Below, one piece after another: positions 1-10,076 of a stretch of 64,000 nucleotides of DNA. This DNA comes from an uncultured bacterium. GTDB lineage: Bacteria; Bacillota_I; Bacilli_A; RFN20; CAG-826. A model generated the notes under the pieces. The model searched no databases, was not told the DNA's origin, and was given only the letters and a program-made list of their open reading frames with translations. The first letter of the stretch is position 1. Each line of letters begins with the position of its first letter. The DNA is taken from positions 259,835-323,834 of the forward strand of contig CASGDR010000001.1 in the NCBI GenBank assembly GCA_949300345.1, in the 5' to 3' direction. The translations under genes and the position numbers were made by a program.

Positions 1-704
1 GTCAAAAACTCCGCAAAACCCTTATCCTCAGGCAAATAAACGTCGAGTTTGTCACACACCGCGTTACTAGCGGCACCCCCTTCCATCTTGGTAACCGGGG
101 ATAGATCGATGATGCGCGAAGCCCATAGGCCGGCCGTCCCCTTCTCCGCATAGATAAGGGGGAATTCGGAATCGGGGGTAAAGCCATAATCGGAAGCCGG
201 CTTCTTTAGGGTACCGAAATAGTATTTGAGGCAGGCGGTGCCTTTTTCTTCATTGCCGCCGGCGACCAGGCGAACCTTGTAGCCGCGGATGAGGCCATTG
301 TCCTTCAAGACCTTGATGGCATATAGGGCGGCGATCAGGGGTCCTTTGTCATCGGAGGTACCGCGGCCCCACATCCTTCCCTCGCGGATGACGGGTTTGA
401 AGGGGTCGCTCTTCCATTCCCCGGTAGCCGGGACCACGTCGGCGTGGGCATAGACGCCGATAAGCGGACCATTATCATCCCCATAGGAGAGTTCGGTGCA
501 GTATCCGTCGCAACGGTCGATTTGAAAACCGTATTGTTCCCCTAGGGCGGCCACGTAATCAAGAGCCTTCTTGACGCCTTCCCCAAAGGGGGCGCCTTCC
601 TTCTTGGTAGAGGGGTCGTCGACCGAATCGATGCTGACGAGCCTGGCTAGGGCCAAAGCGGCATCTTCATATGTGGCTTTCGCCATTTTCTTGTAGTTAG
701 GCAT
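1..704 (-). CDS. pepV: M20 family dipeptidase (PepV-like), 3' end beyond window start
   Basis: Not in the ORF track because no stop lies within the window. I translated the minus strand by hand from the ATG at 704-702, which has GGAG 8 nt upstream. The product MPNYKKMAKATYEDAALALARLVSIDSV...GVYAHADVVPA...GRGTSDDKGP...GGNEEKG matches the PepV/M20 metal-binding motifs (HxDVVP, GRGxxDDKG, NEE). Confidence 0.75.
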   Translation of the reverse strand, partial: MPNYKKMAKATYEDAALALARLVSIDSVDDPSTKKEGAPFGEGVKKALDYVAALGEQYGFQIDRCDGYCTELSYGDDNGPLIGVYAHADVVPATGEWKSDPFKPVIREGRMWGRGTSDDKGPLIAALYAIKVLKDNGLIRGYKVRLVAGGNEEKGTACLKYYFGTLKKPASDYGFTPDSEFPLIYAEKGTAGLWASRIIDLSPVTKMEGGAASNAVCDKLDVYLPEDKGFAEFL

Positions 705-722
705 AATTTACTCCAATCCTTG

Positions 723-1436
723 CTATTTTCCCATAAAACTGACGCGCTTGTATAAAGACGGGGTGGCTTTTTGCAATACTTCGGCGATAAGGGGTACCAC
801 GAAGGCAGCCAGAATGGCTTCGCCGATGGCCCCAAGCAATATTATGACGGCGACGGTCAGAGTCAAGGTCGTTCCTAGTATCGATGAGGCAGTCATGATC
901 GCATTGATTTCGCTAAAAGCGAACAGATATAGGTCGCCGAATACCAAGGCCGTATGCATAAGGGTCAAAACAAAGCATAGACCCATGGAGAAGAATCCCC
1001 TCTTGATGCCTTTGGATCTCGAGAAGACGATTTCGAAGACCAAGCCGGAGAGGTAGCCGAAAAGCATCCTCGGGGGAATCGAGATGTAAGGCAAGGCAAA
1101 TAGGGCGTTGAGCCCGGTGCCATTGCCCAAGGCCTGGATGAAGGAGGTAAAGCCGAAGGCCGTTCCTAGTAGCAGGCCCTTTCTATGGCCGCCGACCATG
1201 GCTCCTAGCAAAACCGGCAGATGGATGAGGGTAAGGCTCAGGCCCGGGACGATGGTGAGATAGCCCACCTGGGGCACAAAGCCCAAGATCATGATCAGGG
1301 CGATGAGCAGTCCGTCAAAGGATAGGTTGGCCAGCTCGTTTTTGCGGTTATGGCTCTTCTGTTTGTTGTAGAGGAAGACGGTGGCTAAGCCCAGTATGGC
1401 TAGTAGCACGCATCCTCCAATCAGTCTTGGTTCCAT
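723..1436 (-). CDS. ECF transporter S-component, possibly pantothenate-specific (PanT-like)
   Basis: 237-aa polytopic membrane protein. Its start overlaps the coaX stop by 16 nt, so the two genes are coupled with a CoA-pathway gene. The segment LTLIHLPVLLGAMVGGHRKG resembles ECF S-component signatures. Confidence 0.5.
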   Translation of the reverse strand: MEPRLIGGCVLLAILGLATVFLYNKQKSHNRKNELANLSFDGLLIALIMILGFVPQVGYLTIVPGLSLTLIHLPVLLGAMVGGHRKGLLLGTAFGFTSFIQALGNGTGLNALFALPYISIPPRMLFGYLSGLVFEIVFSRSKGIKRGFFSMGLCFVLTLMHTALVFGDLYLFAFSEINAIMTASSILGTTLTLTVAVIILLGAIGEAILAAFVVPLIAEVLQKATPSLYKRVSFMGK

Positions 1437-2185
1437 GCTCCCCTCCTAGTGAAATTCTCCAGTCCCGAATGGATCAGTCCCAAATCATATTCGAAATCGG
1501 GCAATAAGTCTTTGACAAAGCGTCCGTTGCCGCCGCAGAGGATGCCTTTCAATGGCATGCCTGCGACATCCTCGAAGGCCTTCTTGAAGCCTAGGATCTT
1601 GTATGCTTCCCCATATAGGAGGCCCGAAGAGATGCAGTCCTTGGTGTTCCTTCCTAGCGGGGAAGAAGGAATGGAGAGTTTTTCCTCCGAGAGGGCCGAG
1701 GCATGGCCAAAAAGGGCGGTTTTGGATAAGGAAAGCCCGGCATCGATGGATAAGCCGCAAAGGGAGGGGCCTTCGGAGACATAAATGAGCTTATCGGCGG
1801 TACCTAGGTCGGCGAGGAAGAGATTCCCCCCGTACTTGATGTAAGCGCCCCTACATAGGAAAAGGATGTCGGCTCCGACCTCGGAGGTATCGTCGACCAT
1901 ATCGGGGATGACCCCTTTGGTGCCCTGTCCGTATATCTTTAGCTCGGTGCCGCTGACGATCCTGACAGCCTGGACATAGGTCTTATCCAGCGGGGCGACC
2001 ACGCTGGAGGCCACCGCTTCATCGATATCCTGATAAAAATCACCTAGGCCGCTTCTAAGGGAAGCGACCAAGGGGGAGAGCTTTCCCTTCTTGTCCGTAG
2101 GGAAAAAGAAGGAGGAAACCACTTCCCCTTCTTTATAGATGGCGCCTTTGGTAAAGCTATTTCCGATATCAAGGGCCAGAAGCAT
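1421..2185 (-). CDS. coaX: type III pantothenate kinase
   Basis: 254 aa. N-terminal MLLALDIGNS is the ASKHA fold phosphate-1 motif typical of CoaX (Bvg accessory factor family). The ATG overlaps the leuS stop. Confidence 0.8.
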   Translation of the reverse strand: MLLALDIGNSFTKGAIYKEGEVVSSFFFPTDKKGKLSPLVASLRSGLGDFYQDIDEAVASSVVAPLDKTYVQAVRIVSGTELKIYGQGTKGVIPDMVDDTSEVGADILFLCRGAYIKYGGNLFLADLGTADKLIYVSEGPSLCGLSIDAGLSLSKTALFGHASALSEEKLSIPSSPLGRNTKDCISSGLLYGEAYKILGFKKAFEDVAGMPLKGILCGGNGRFVKDLLPDFEYDLGLIHSGLENFTRRGAWNQD

Positions 2186-4572
2186 CAGAGGATCAGATTG
2201 AGGATTTTGCCGGGCACATAGATGACCTTGCGGATTTCGCCTTGGAGATACTGGGCCAATTTGGGTTCCTTCTTGGCCGCTTCGAGGGCCTCTTCTTGGG
2301 TCGCGGTCTTGGAAATGGCGATGGTGGCGCGGCCCTTGCCGTTGATGGCGACGGAGAGGTTTATCTCATCCCTAGCCAATTTGGATTCGTCATAGCTAGG
2401 CCACTTCTCATAATCGAAGCCTTGCTTGCCGGTGAGCATCTCGAAGAGTTCTTCCCCGATGAAGGGGCAGATGCAGCCGAGGATTTTCACAAAGCCCTCC
2501 ATGTAGGGACGGAATAGCGACTTGGCTTTATAAGCCTCATTGGTGAAGCTCATCATCTGGGCGATCGTGGTGTTGAAGGCCAGATTTTCATAGTCCTCGG
2601 TAGCCTTCTTCACAAGGAGGTTGTAGGCATAGACGAGTTCCCCGGAATTCGTATCGGAAATGTTGCCGTTTTCGATGAGGCGGTAGACCCTATCGAGATA
2701 CCTCCTTGAACCTTCTAGGCCCGTGGTGTTCCAGTTCTTGGTCTCGTTTAGCGGGCCGACGAACATTTCGAATAGCCTCAATGAATCGGCCCCGTATTTC
2801 TCGACGATGTCATCGGGATTGACGACATTGCCGCGGGACTTGGACATCTTTTCCCCGTTTTCGCCAAGGATCATGCCCTGGTGGTAGAGCTTCTTGAAAG
2901 GCTCGGTGGAAGAAACCAGCCCGATGTCGTGGAGGAACTTATGGTAGAAGCGGGCATAGAGCAAATGGAGCACCGCGTGTTCCTGTCCCCCGACATAGAG
3001 GTCGACCGGAAGCCAGTGGTCGAGGAGCTGTTTGTCCCCGATGGCATTGGGGTTATGGGGATCGATGTATCTAAGGTAATACCAAGAAGAACCGGCCCAT
3101 TGGGGCATGGTGTTGGTTTCTCTGGTCATCTTCTTGCCGTCGATGGTGGGATGTAGCCAAGCATCCGGAGCCTTGCTGAGCGGTGGTTTGCCGTCCTTGG
3201 CAGGCTTATAGTCGTCCATTTCCGGCAGGACCAAGGGCAGTTCGCTTTCCTTGATGCCGTGGGCCTGGCCCTCTTCATCGATGACCACCGGAATCGGTTC
3301 GCCCCAGTAGCGTTGCCTGGAAAAGATCCAGTCGCGGAGCTTGTAGTTGGTCTTTAGCCTGCCCTCGCCCCTCTTCTCGAGTTCCCTAGCGATGGCGGCT
3401 TTGGCCTCATGAATGTACATGCCGTCGATGAAGGAGGAGTTGATGTGTTTGGCGTCATCCTCCATCGCATGTTCGGAAATATCCCCTTCGAGGACCTGGA
3501 TGATGGGAAGGTGCTGCTTCTTGGCAAATTCATAGTCCCTCTGGTCATGGGCCGGGACCGCCATGACGGCGCCAGAGCCATAGGCCCCGAGGACATAATC
3601 GGCCACATAGACGGGAATCGATTGTCCGTTGATGGGGTTTATGGCGTGGATGCCAAGGTATACCCCGGTCTTGTCCTTTTCCAAGGAAGTGCGGGCCAGA
3701 TCGGATTTCCGGGAAGCCTCTTCCACGTATTTCAAGACGGATGCTTCCTGCTCCTGGCTGACCAGTTTGGATACCAAGGGATGTTCGGGAGCCAGGCAGC
3801 AATAGGTGCAGCCAAACAAGGTATCGGCCCGGGTGGTATAGACGGTAAAGCTATCGGAGGTTCCTTCGATCTTGAAGTCGATTTCCAGGCCATGGGACTG
3901 CCCGATCCAATTCTTCTGCATCTCGATGGTCGACCTCGGCCAATCAAGGCCTTCAAGGCCCTTCTCAAGCTGATCGGCATAGGCGGTGATCTTCAAGATC
4001 CACTGCCTGAGGGGAATCCTCTTGACCGGATATCCTCCCCTTTCCGACTTCCCGTCGATGACCTCTTCGTTGGATAAGACGGTGCCGAGTTCCTCGCAGT
4101 AGTTGACCGGAATGTCGGCCACATAGGCCAAATCGGCCTCAAACATCTTTAGAAAGATCCACTGGGTCCACTTGTAGTAGTCCGGGTCGATGGTGGCGAA
4201 TTCCTTGCTCCAGTCATAGCTTAGGCCCAAGGAATCGATCTGCTCCTTGAAATGGGCGATGTTCTTGCGGGTGAAGCCTTCGGGATGGACGTTGTTCTTG
4301 ATGGCGAATTGCTCGGCGGGTAGTCCAAAGGCGTCCCAGCCCATCGGATGGAGGACGTTATAGCCCTGCATCCTCTTCATCCTGGCCAGTATGTCGGTCG
4401 CGGTGTAGCCTTCCGGATGCCCTACATGCAGCCCCTGTCCCGAAGGATAGGGAAACATGTCCAAAATGTAGTATTTGGGTTTGCTGAAGTCATGGGTGTC
4501 GCAATAGAAGGTGTCGTTGGCCTTATAAAACTTCCGCCACTTGGCTTCGGTGGTTTTGTGGTCATATGGCAT
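2185..4572 (-). CDS. leuS: leucyl-tRNA synthetase
   Basis: 795 aa, with the HIGH-region PYPSGQGLHVGH and the KMSKS motif (KMSKSRGN), and class I LeuS architecture including the editing domain. Confidence 0.95.
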   Translation of the reverse strand: MPYDHKTTEAKWRKFYKANDTFYCDTHDFSKPKYYILDMFPYPSGQGLHVGHPEGYTATDILARMKRMQGYNVLHPMGWDAFGLPAEQFAIKNNVHPEGFTRKNIAHFKEQIDSLGLSYDWSKEFATIDPDYYKWTQWIFLKMFEADLAYVADIPVNYCEELGTVLSNEEVIDGKSERGGYPVKRIPLRQWILKITAYADQLEKGLEGLDWPRSTIEMQKNWIGQSHGLEIDFKIEGTSDSFTVYTTRADTLFGCTYCCLAPEHPLVSKLVSQEQEASVLKYVEEASRKSDLARTSLEKDKTGVYLGIHAINPINGQSIPVYVADYVLGAYGSGAVMAVPAHDQRDYEFAKKQHLPIIQVLEGDISEHAMEDDAKHINSSFIDGMYIHEAKAAIARELEKRGEGRLKTNYKLRDWIFSRQRYWGEPIPVVIDEEGQAHGIKESELPLVLPEMDDYKPAKDGKPPLSKAPDAWLHPTIDGKKMTRETNTMPQWAGSSWYYLRYIDPHNPNAIGDKQLLDHWLPVDLYVGGQEHAVLHLLYARFYHKFLHDIGLVSSTEPFKKLYHQGMILGENGEKMSKSRGNVVNPDDIVEKYGADSLRLFEMFVGPLNETKNWNTTGLEGSRRYLDRVYRLIENGNISDTNSGELVYAYNLLVKKATEDYENLAFNTTIAQMMSFTNEAYKAKSLFRPYMEGFVKILGCICPFIGEELFEMLTGKQGFDYEKWPSYDESKLARDEINLSVAINGKGRATIAISKTATQEEALEAAKKEPKLAQYLQGEIRKVIYVPGKILNLIL

Positions 4573-4586
4573 AAGGGTGCCTCCTC

Positions 4587-6017
4587 TTAGAGAAGTCCCG
4601 CGTAGAGTTTCCGGTATGCGCTGGCCGAACGTTTCCAGCTACGGTCGAGCGAAATGGCGTTCGCAGCGATCTTATAGTATTTCTTCTGGTCGGCGTAGAT
4701 TTCACGCGAGAGGGACAGGGCATAATCCAAGCCCTCGACATTATAGTCGCGAAAACCGATTCCTGTCGCCACTTCGTCGTTGGAACCGTCAAATCCTTCC
4801 ACGGTGTCATAAAGCCCGCCGGTGTATCTGACGATGGGCAAGCAGCCGTAGCGTTGGGCAATCATCTGCCCGATGCCGCAGGGTTCGAAGAGACTTGGCA
4901 TCAGGAAGAAGTCACTGCCCGAATAGATCATGTGGGCCAAGGGATCGGAGTAGCCGATATAGATGCCCACCGTATCCGGATAGTCCCTCCTGAGGTTTTC
5001 GAAAGCCTGCTCCAGGGCGTATTCCCCGTTTCCTAGGACCACGAAGGAAGCCCCCTGGGAGAGGACCTTTCTCATGGCGGGGACCACGATGTCGATGCCC
5101 TTCTGGTAGGTAAGGCGGGAAACCAGGCCATAGACCGGGCCCCCGAAGTACTTGATATTGAAGGCATTAAGCAGGGCGGCCTGGTTCTTGTGGCGGCCTT
5201 CCTCAAGGTTGTTTTTATCATAACGGCAGGAGATCTGCGGGTCTTTTTTGGGATTCCACTCATCGGTATCGATGCCGTTTAGGATGCCGCTGAAGTCATC
5301 GGCCCTGAGATTGAGGACCCCATAGAGGCCTTGGCTTCCTAGAGGAGTCAATAGCTCCTTGGCGTGGTTGGGGCTGACGGTCGTGATCTTATCGGAATAG
5401 ACGATGCCCGACTTGAGGGTCGAGACCATCCCTTCGAACCTGACCTTGCCCGAATCGTAGAGTTCGTCGCTTAGGCCATAGAAATCATTGAGGAAGAAGC
5501 GGTCGATCATGCCTTTGAAGGCAGGATTGTGGATGGTCAAAACGAATTTGATGCCGTCATAGAAGCCGTCGAAGCGCGGCCCTTCCTTGACCAGGCAAGG
5601 GATCATGGCGGCCTGCCAATCGTGGACATGGATGATGTCGGGCTTCCAGTCGAGGTGGCGGAACAATTGCTTGGCCGCAAGCGAGAAGAAGGCGAACCTT
5701 TCCCCGTCGTCATTGTAGCCATAGAGATTGTCGCGGTCGAAATAGTAGGAATTCTCGATGAGGTAGATGCGGAAATGCCCGTCGTCGACCTCATAGACGT
5801 TGGCCTCTTCCTTGCGCCAGGACATGTAGACCGAGAAAGAGCCCCTGTAGTTGGCCTTGCCCGTGACCTTGCCCCTCATCGAGGCATAGTAGGGAAGCAC
5901 GCAGACGACTTCTTCCTTGAGCTTGCCAAGGGCATCGCTTAGGGCATAGACGACGTCGGCAAGTCCTCCGGTTTTGGCGTAATGGGCGCACTCGGAGGCG
6001 ACCATAGCTATCTTCAT
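4587..6017 (-). CDS. glgA: glycogen synthase (ADP-glucose type)
   Basis: 476 aa. N-terminal MKIAMVASECAHYAKTGGLADV is the classic GlgA KTGGL motif, followed by a GT5/GT-B fold. Confidence 0.9.
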   Translation of the reverse strand: MKIAMVASECAHYAKTGGLADVVYALSDALGKLKEEVVCVLPYYASMRGKVTGKANYRGSFSVYMSWRKEEANVYEVDDGHFRIYLIENSYYFDRDNLYGYNDDGERFAFFSLAAKQLFRHLDWKPDIIHVHDWQAAMIPCLVKEGPRFDGFYDGIKFVLTIHNPAFKGMIDRFFLNDFYGLSDELYDSGKVRFEGMVSTLKSGIVYSDKITTVSPNHAKELLTPLGSQGLYGVLNLRADDFSGILNGIDTDEWNPKKDPQISCRYDKNNLEEGRHKNQAALLNAFNIKYFGGPVYGLVSRLTYQKGIDIVVPAMRKVLSQGASFVVLGNGEYALEQAFENLRRDYPDTVGIYIGYSDPLAHMIYSGSDFFLMPSLFEPCGIGQMIAQRYGCLPIVRYTGGLYDTVEGFDGSNDEVATGIGFRDYNVEGLDYALSLSREIYADQKKYYKIAANAISLDRSWKRSASAYRKLYAGLL

Positions 6018-7135
6018 AGGACGGCTCCTTGCTTGAGGAAGGCGGGTTCTTCCTTGGTTCCCACCACTTTCTGGCGGGTCGTGATGACGCAGTATTTGTC
6101 GACTAGGGCGTGCTTGATCTTCACTTCGTTTCCGATCGAGCCGTTGGAGAGGATGATCGAGTCTTCGATGACCGAGCGGGGTCCGACCTTGACGTCGCGG
6201 GAGAGGATCGAATGCCTGACCTTGCCCTGGATGAGACAGCCGTTGGCAATGAAGGAGGAACTCACCTCGGAGTCCTTGTCATAAAGGGCCGGCGGGGTAT
6301 CGTGGGTCAAGGTGTAGATGGGCCAGTCGGGATTGAAGAGCTGGTTGAAATACTTGGGTTCCAGTAGTTCGAAGGAATTATCGATGTAGGACTGCATGGA
6401 ATCGAAGCAACGGGCATAGCCCTTGTGTTCGACGGCATGGACCTTGAAATAGCTGCTCTTAAGTAGGCTAGGCAGCATCTGCTTGAGCCCGTATTGCGGG
6501 AAGGTGTGGCTATAGCGCTTGATGATGTCGGCCAATGTGGTCCGGTTCAAGATCCAGATACCCAAAGAAACCTTGGCCTTTTTGTTCTTGCCATCGTTTT
6601 TCTCGCAGGAAGTCAAATATCCGGATTCGTCGACCTGTAAGACATTCTCGTTGAGGAAGGTCTTATCGGCCCTATCGCACTCGTTATAGACGAGGGTGAA
6701 GGTCTCGTGGCGGTCGATGTGTTCCTTGATGATGGGACGCAGGTCGATGGTGGTCACGATGTGGGGATCGAGGAAGACGAGGATCGAAGCGTTGGACGAA
6801 TAAAGGACCCAATCGTTTTCCCTGATGTTATTGATGTCGTGGTTATAGGGAGGATTGAGGATTCCCCTTTCGTTATACAAAATCTGCTGGAAGCCGGTCT
6901 TGGTGTTGCGCAGCCAGGCGGTGTTGTTCCCCAAATGCTTCATGATCGATCTCTGGTGGTCCTTGACCAAGACCGCGACGTTGGAAATCTCGGAATTGGA
7001 GAAGTTGGAAAGGCAGAAATCCATGAAGGCATAGCGGCCTAGGAAGGAAGTGGAGGCCAAGGGCCTATTGGCGGTCAGAGGCCCTAGTTCGGGGCTATTG
7101 TGGCAATCTATAAGCCCGAGAATGTCGCGAATCAT
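6014..7135 (-). CDS. glgD: glucose-1-phosphate adenylyltransferase regulatory subunit
   Basis: 373 aa. It has the nucleotidyltransferase plus LbH fold but lacks the GGxGxRL loop, as GlgD does. It overlaps glgA by 4 nt and glgC by 4 nt. Confidence 0.8.
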   Translation of the reverse strand: MIRDILGLIDCHNSPELGPLTANRPLASTSFLGRYAFMDFCLSNFSNSEISNVAVLVKDHQRSIMKHLGNNTAWLRNTKTGFQQILYNERGILNPPYNHDINNIRENDWVLYSSNASILVFLDPHIVTTIDLRPIIKEHIDRHETFTLVYNECDRADKTFLNENVLQVDESGYLTSCEKNDGKNKKAKVSLGIWILNRTTLADIIKRYSHTFPQYGLKQMLPSLLKSSYFKVHAVEHKGYARCFDSMQSYIDNSFELLEPKYFNQLFNPDWPIYTLTHDTPPALYDKDSEVSSSFIANGCLIQGKVRHSILSRDVKVGPRSVIEDSIILSNGSIGNEVKIKHALVDKYCVITTRQKVVGTKEEPAFLKQGAVL

Positions 7136-8271
7136 TTGCTTCCTCCTTTGGAATTGACGACGAGGACGATGCCCTCGCGTTCCGGATTGATCTTTTCGCC
7201 TTTGTCCACCAGCGAATCCGGCCCGATGATGGCGTCATAGACCTCGGCCCCTTCTAGGACCTTGGCCCCGTTCATCATCACCGTATTGACGACCTTGGCG
7301 CCTTTCTCGATGACGGTGCCCGAGGAGATGACCGAATGCTCGACCGAGCCTTCGATGTAGGCCCCCTGGTTGATGAGGCAGTCCTTGATCTGGGCGCTGG
7401 AAGCGATGAATTGCGGTGGGGAATAGGTATCTTCCGAATAGATGCGGTTTTCGCCTTGGACCGTGTAGAGGTTGGTGCCCTGGGGATTGGACAAAAGCAG
7501 GTCCATGTTGGCCCCGTGCAGGGAGGCAATGGTGCCCACGTCCTTCCAATAGCCATGGTAGGTATAGGAGAACAGACGGTGCTTCTTGGCCATCATCGAG
7601 GGGATGATGTTCTTGCCGAAATCATGGTCGCTGTCTTCCTTCTTGGCATCGGCGAGAAGCTCGGAGCGCAGTTCCTTGTAATTGAAGATATAGATGCCCA
7701 TCGAGGCCAGGTTGGACTTGGGGTTCTTGGGTTTTTCCTGGAAATCGACGATGCGGCCGTCCTTATCGGTAATCAGGATGCCGAAGCGGCTGGCCTCTTC
7801 CATGGGGACGGGATAGACGGCGATGGTGCAGTCGGCATTGCATTTGATGTGCCTTTCCAGCATGTCGTCATAGGAGCAGGAATAGATGTGGTCGCCGGAA
7901 AGGATGAGGACATATTGGGGATCGACCTTGTCGAGCCAATCGATGTTCTGATAGATGGCATCGGCGGTCCCCCTATACCAGTTGCTCCCCTCCTCGGTCT
8001 GCTTGGGAGTAAGGACCGAAACGATGGAACGTACGCCGTTGAAGCCCCACTTCTCGCCGTTTCCGACATAGGTATTCAGGTCGCTGGACTCATATTGGGT
8101 CAATACGCCGACGGCATAAATGCCGGAGTTGGCGCAATTGCTAAGCGGGAAATCGATGATGCGGTACTTGCTACCGTAGCTGACCGCGGGTTTGGCAACC
8201 CGGCGCGTCAAAGCCTGCAGGCGGGTTCCCTTGCCTCCTGCAAGAATCATGGCGGCGATCCTAGTGCTCAT
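7132..8271 (-). CDS. glgC: glucose-1-phosphate adenylyltransferase
   Basis: 379 aa. MILAGGKGTRLQALT carries the GGxGxRL motif. The product is an ADP-glucose pyrophosphorylase with an LbH C-terminal domain. Confidence 0.9.
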   Translation of the reverse strand: MSTRIAAMILAGGKGTRLQALTRRVAKPAVSYGSKYRIIDFPLSNCANSGIYAVGVLTQYESSDLNTYVGNGEKWGFNGVRSIVSVLTPKQTEEGSNWYRGTADAIYQNIDWLDKVDPQYVLILSGDHIYSCSYDDMLERHIKCNADCTIAVYPVPMEEASRFGILITDKDGRIVDFQEKPKNPKSNLASMGIYIFNYKELRSELLADAKKEDSDHDFGKNIIPSMMAKKHRLFSYTYHGYWKDVGTIASLHGANMDLLLSNPQGTNLYTVQGENRIYSEDTYSPPQFIASSAQIKDCLINQGAYIEGSVEHSVISSGTVIEKGAKVVNTVMMNGAKVLEGAEVYDAIIGPDSLVDKGEKINPEREGIVLVVNSKGGSK

Positions 8272-8429
8272 GTGTCCTCCTAAATCGTCAAAATCAGAGA
8301 CTAATCAAATGATATACCCAAGAAAGGAAAGCCTCCACATTCCGGGACACGTCATTCGCCTCTTTCCATTTATGGAAGGTATCACAAAAGACGAAGCGAG
8401 GAAATAGGACAATCTCACTTAATACCTAA

Positions 8430-8458
8430 TTGAATATCTGGTCACATGCTGGTATGAT
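8430..8458 (+). promoter_or_regulatory. sigma-A type promoter for rpmB (TTGAAT-17bp-TATGAT)
   Basis: TTGAAT at 8430-8435, a 17-nt spacer, and TATGAT at 8453-8458, about 30 nt upstream of the rpmB ATG. Confidence 0.5.
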
Positions 8459-8488
8459 TCGTCCGCTAGAAAGAAAGCAGGTGCAGTT

Positions 8489-8695
8489 ATGTCAAGAGTT
8501 TGCCCGATTACCGGAAAAGGACCCATGAGCGGCAACAACCGCAGCCACTCCCTGAGGGCCACCCGCCGCCGCTGGAACGTCAACCTCCAGAAATACCATA
8601 TCGAAATCAACGGCAAGATGGTCGAAGTCAGGATGTCGGCTAGGGCCTACCGTACCCTAATGAAGTCGACCTCCAAGAAAGCCAAGGCCGAATAG
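8489..8695 (+). CDS. rpmB: 50S ribosomal protein L28
   Basis: The 68-aa product MSRVCPITGKGPMSGNNRSHSLRATRRRWNVNLQ is a canonical L28. Confidence 0.9.
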   Translation: MSRVCPITGKGPMSGNNRSHSLRATRRRWNVNLQKYHIEINGKMVEVRMSARAYRTLMKSTSKKAKAE

Positions 8696-8710
8696 ATTTA
8701 AGGTAAATCG

Positions 8711-8742
8711 AAAAGATGCGCGCCCAGGCGCGTTTTCTTTTA
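8711..8742. terminator. bidirectional rho-independent terminator between rpmB and the convergent membrane-protein gene
   Basis: AAAAGATGCGCGC-CCAG-GCGCGTTTTCTTTT is a GC stem flanked by an A-run and a T-run. Confidence 0.5.
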
Positions 8743-8745
8743 TGT

Positions 8746-9426
8746 CTATAGGCCGGAAATGCCGAAGCAGCCGAGTAGTCCGAACAAGGAAACAATGATC
8801 GAAAACAAGGGATAGAGCCATTCGTACAGCGCAAGTCTGATGAGCTTGTTCCTGACCCCGACGAAATATCCGTCGGCTCCCCTTTCCCTATTCAAAGTGA
8901 AGGATTGGGGAAGGCTTTTGTCTAAGCACGGGAAGAGAGAGACAAGGGCAATCGCGATGGCGATACCTCCGATTATGGAACCCGTCCCTTCGCTCCCGAA
9001 ATAGGCATTGCCCATGAAATTCAGGCCATAGACCAAGGAAGAAGTGGCCAAAAGGCAAATGGCAAGAACGAATCCATATATATGTTTCTTGGGTTTATCG
9101 GCCCCGGTGACCAAAGGCAAATACATCAAGGCCCCCGAGCCGATAAACATCAGCATCCCAAACATAAGCAGGGTCGCGTTGCTCGCAATCCCCGAATTAA
9201 GGAAATAGCCCACCATCGCTAGAGGCGATAAGCCAAGGCAAACCGTAGCCAGCCCGAAAAGGAAATAGAGGAAGGTCTTCCCGTTCTCGCTTTTGGGCAT
9301 GGCTTCAAAGGCAAAACCGTTTAGGGGGCTCAGCTGCTTTTTCCTCAGGCTGAAAAAGCCGGCTAGGCATAGTCCGACATAGATAACGGCGCCGATAAGA
9401 AAGAGGGCCAGGGATACGAATTTCAT
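8746..9426 (-). CDS. hypothetical polytopic membrane protein
   Basis: 226 aa with about six hydrophobic helices. It is the last gene of the priA...rpe operon and occupies the position that thiN holds in Bacillus. Confidence 0.5.
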   Translation of the reverse strand: MKFVSLALFLIGAVIYVGLCLAGFFSLRKKQLSPLNGFAFEAMPKSENGKTFLYFLFGLATVCLGLSPLAMVGYFLNSGIASNATLLMFGMLMFIGSGALMYLPLVTGADKPKKHIYGFVLAICLLATSSLVYGLNFMGNAYFGSEGTGSIIGGIAIAIALVSLFPCLDKSLPQSFTLNRERGADGYFVGVRNKLIRLALYEWLYPLFSIIVSLFGLLGCFGISGL

Positions 9427-10076
9427 CTAAGTAGAGCCTCCAGCCTTTGCTTGAAATCCTCATGGCCATAAAGATAGGAACCGGCAACCAATAGATCGGC
9501 CCCGCACTCAATGCATCGGGGTCCGGTGGTTTCGTTTATGCCCCCATCGACTTCGAGGATGATGTCCCTATCCCCTATAAGCTCCTTGGCTTCCCTGAGC
9601 CTAGCGTAGCTTTCCTCAATGAAGCTCTGCCCGCCTTTGCCCGGTTCGACCGACATGATGAGGACGAGGCCGAACAATCCGGTATCCAGGGCTTGGGAAA
9701 GCTCTTTGACCGGAGTCTTGGGTTTGATGGAAATCCCCGCAATAGCGTTGTGGTTTTTTATAATCGTGGCGGTTTTGCGGAGAAGTTCGTCATCGACGGC
9801 TTCCAGATGGAAGGTGACGATATCGGCACCCATGTCCAAAAAGCGCTTGGCATAGACATCGGGATTTATTCCCATTATATGGACGTCTTTGATAATGTTA
9901 GAAATCCTGGCGACTTCTTTGAAAGACTCCACCTCAAAGGACTTATTGGGAACGAAGACTCCGTCCATGAAATCGAAATGGATATAGCCGGCCCCGGCCT
10001 CCTTGGCCATCTTCGTAGCCTCATAAAGAGAGCATTTGGCAGCCAAAAGGGAGGGGGCGACGTCTTTCTTCATCAT
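9423..10076 (-). CDS. rpe: ribulose-phosphate 3-epimerase
   Basis: 217-aa TIM-barrel protein with HFDFMDG and the conserved rpe motifs. Confidence 0.9.
   Translation of the reverse strand: MMKKDVAPSLLAAKCSLYEATKMAKEAGAGYIHFDFMDGVFVPNKSFEVESFKEVARISNIIKDVHIMGINPDVYAKRFLDMGADIVTFHLEAVDDELLRKTATIIKNHNAIAGISIKPKTPVKELSQALDTGLFGLVLIMSVEPGKGGQSFIEESYARLREAKELIGDRDIILEVDGGINETTGPRCIECGADLLVAGSYLYGHEDFKQRLEALLR

Noticed and set aside
748-1788. Plus-strand ORFs 748..1056 and 1449..1784 and minus-strand ORF 1485..1760 overlapping panT and coaX
   Set aside because: They are antisense or alternate-frame shadows of well-supported genes, with R/P-rich compositions.
8192-8407. 71-aa ORF upstream of rpmB
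   Set aside because: It overlaps the glgC start and the rpmB promoter region and has no RBS. It is more likely 5' UTR and promoter sequence.
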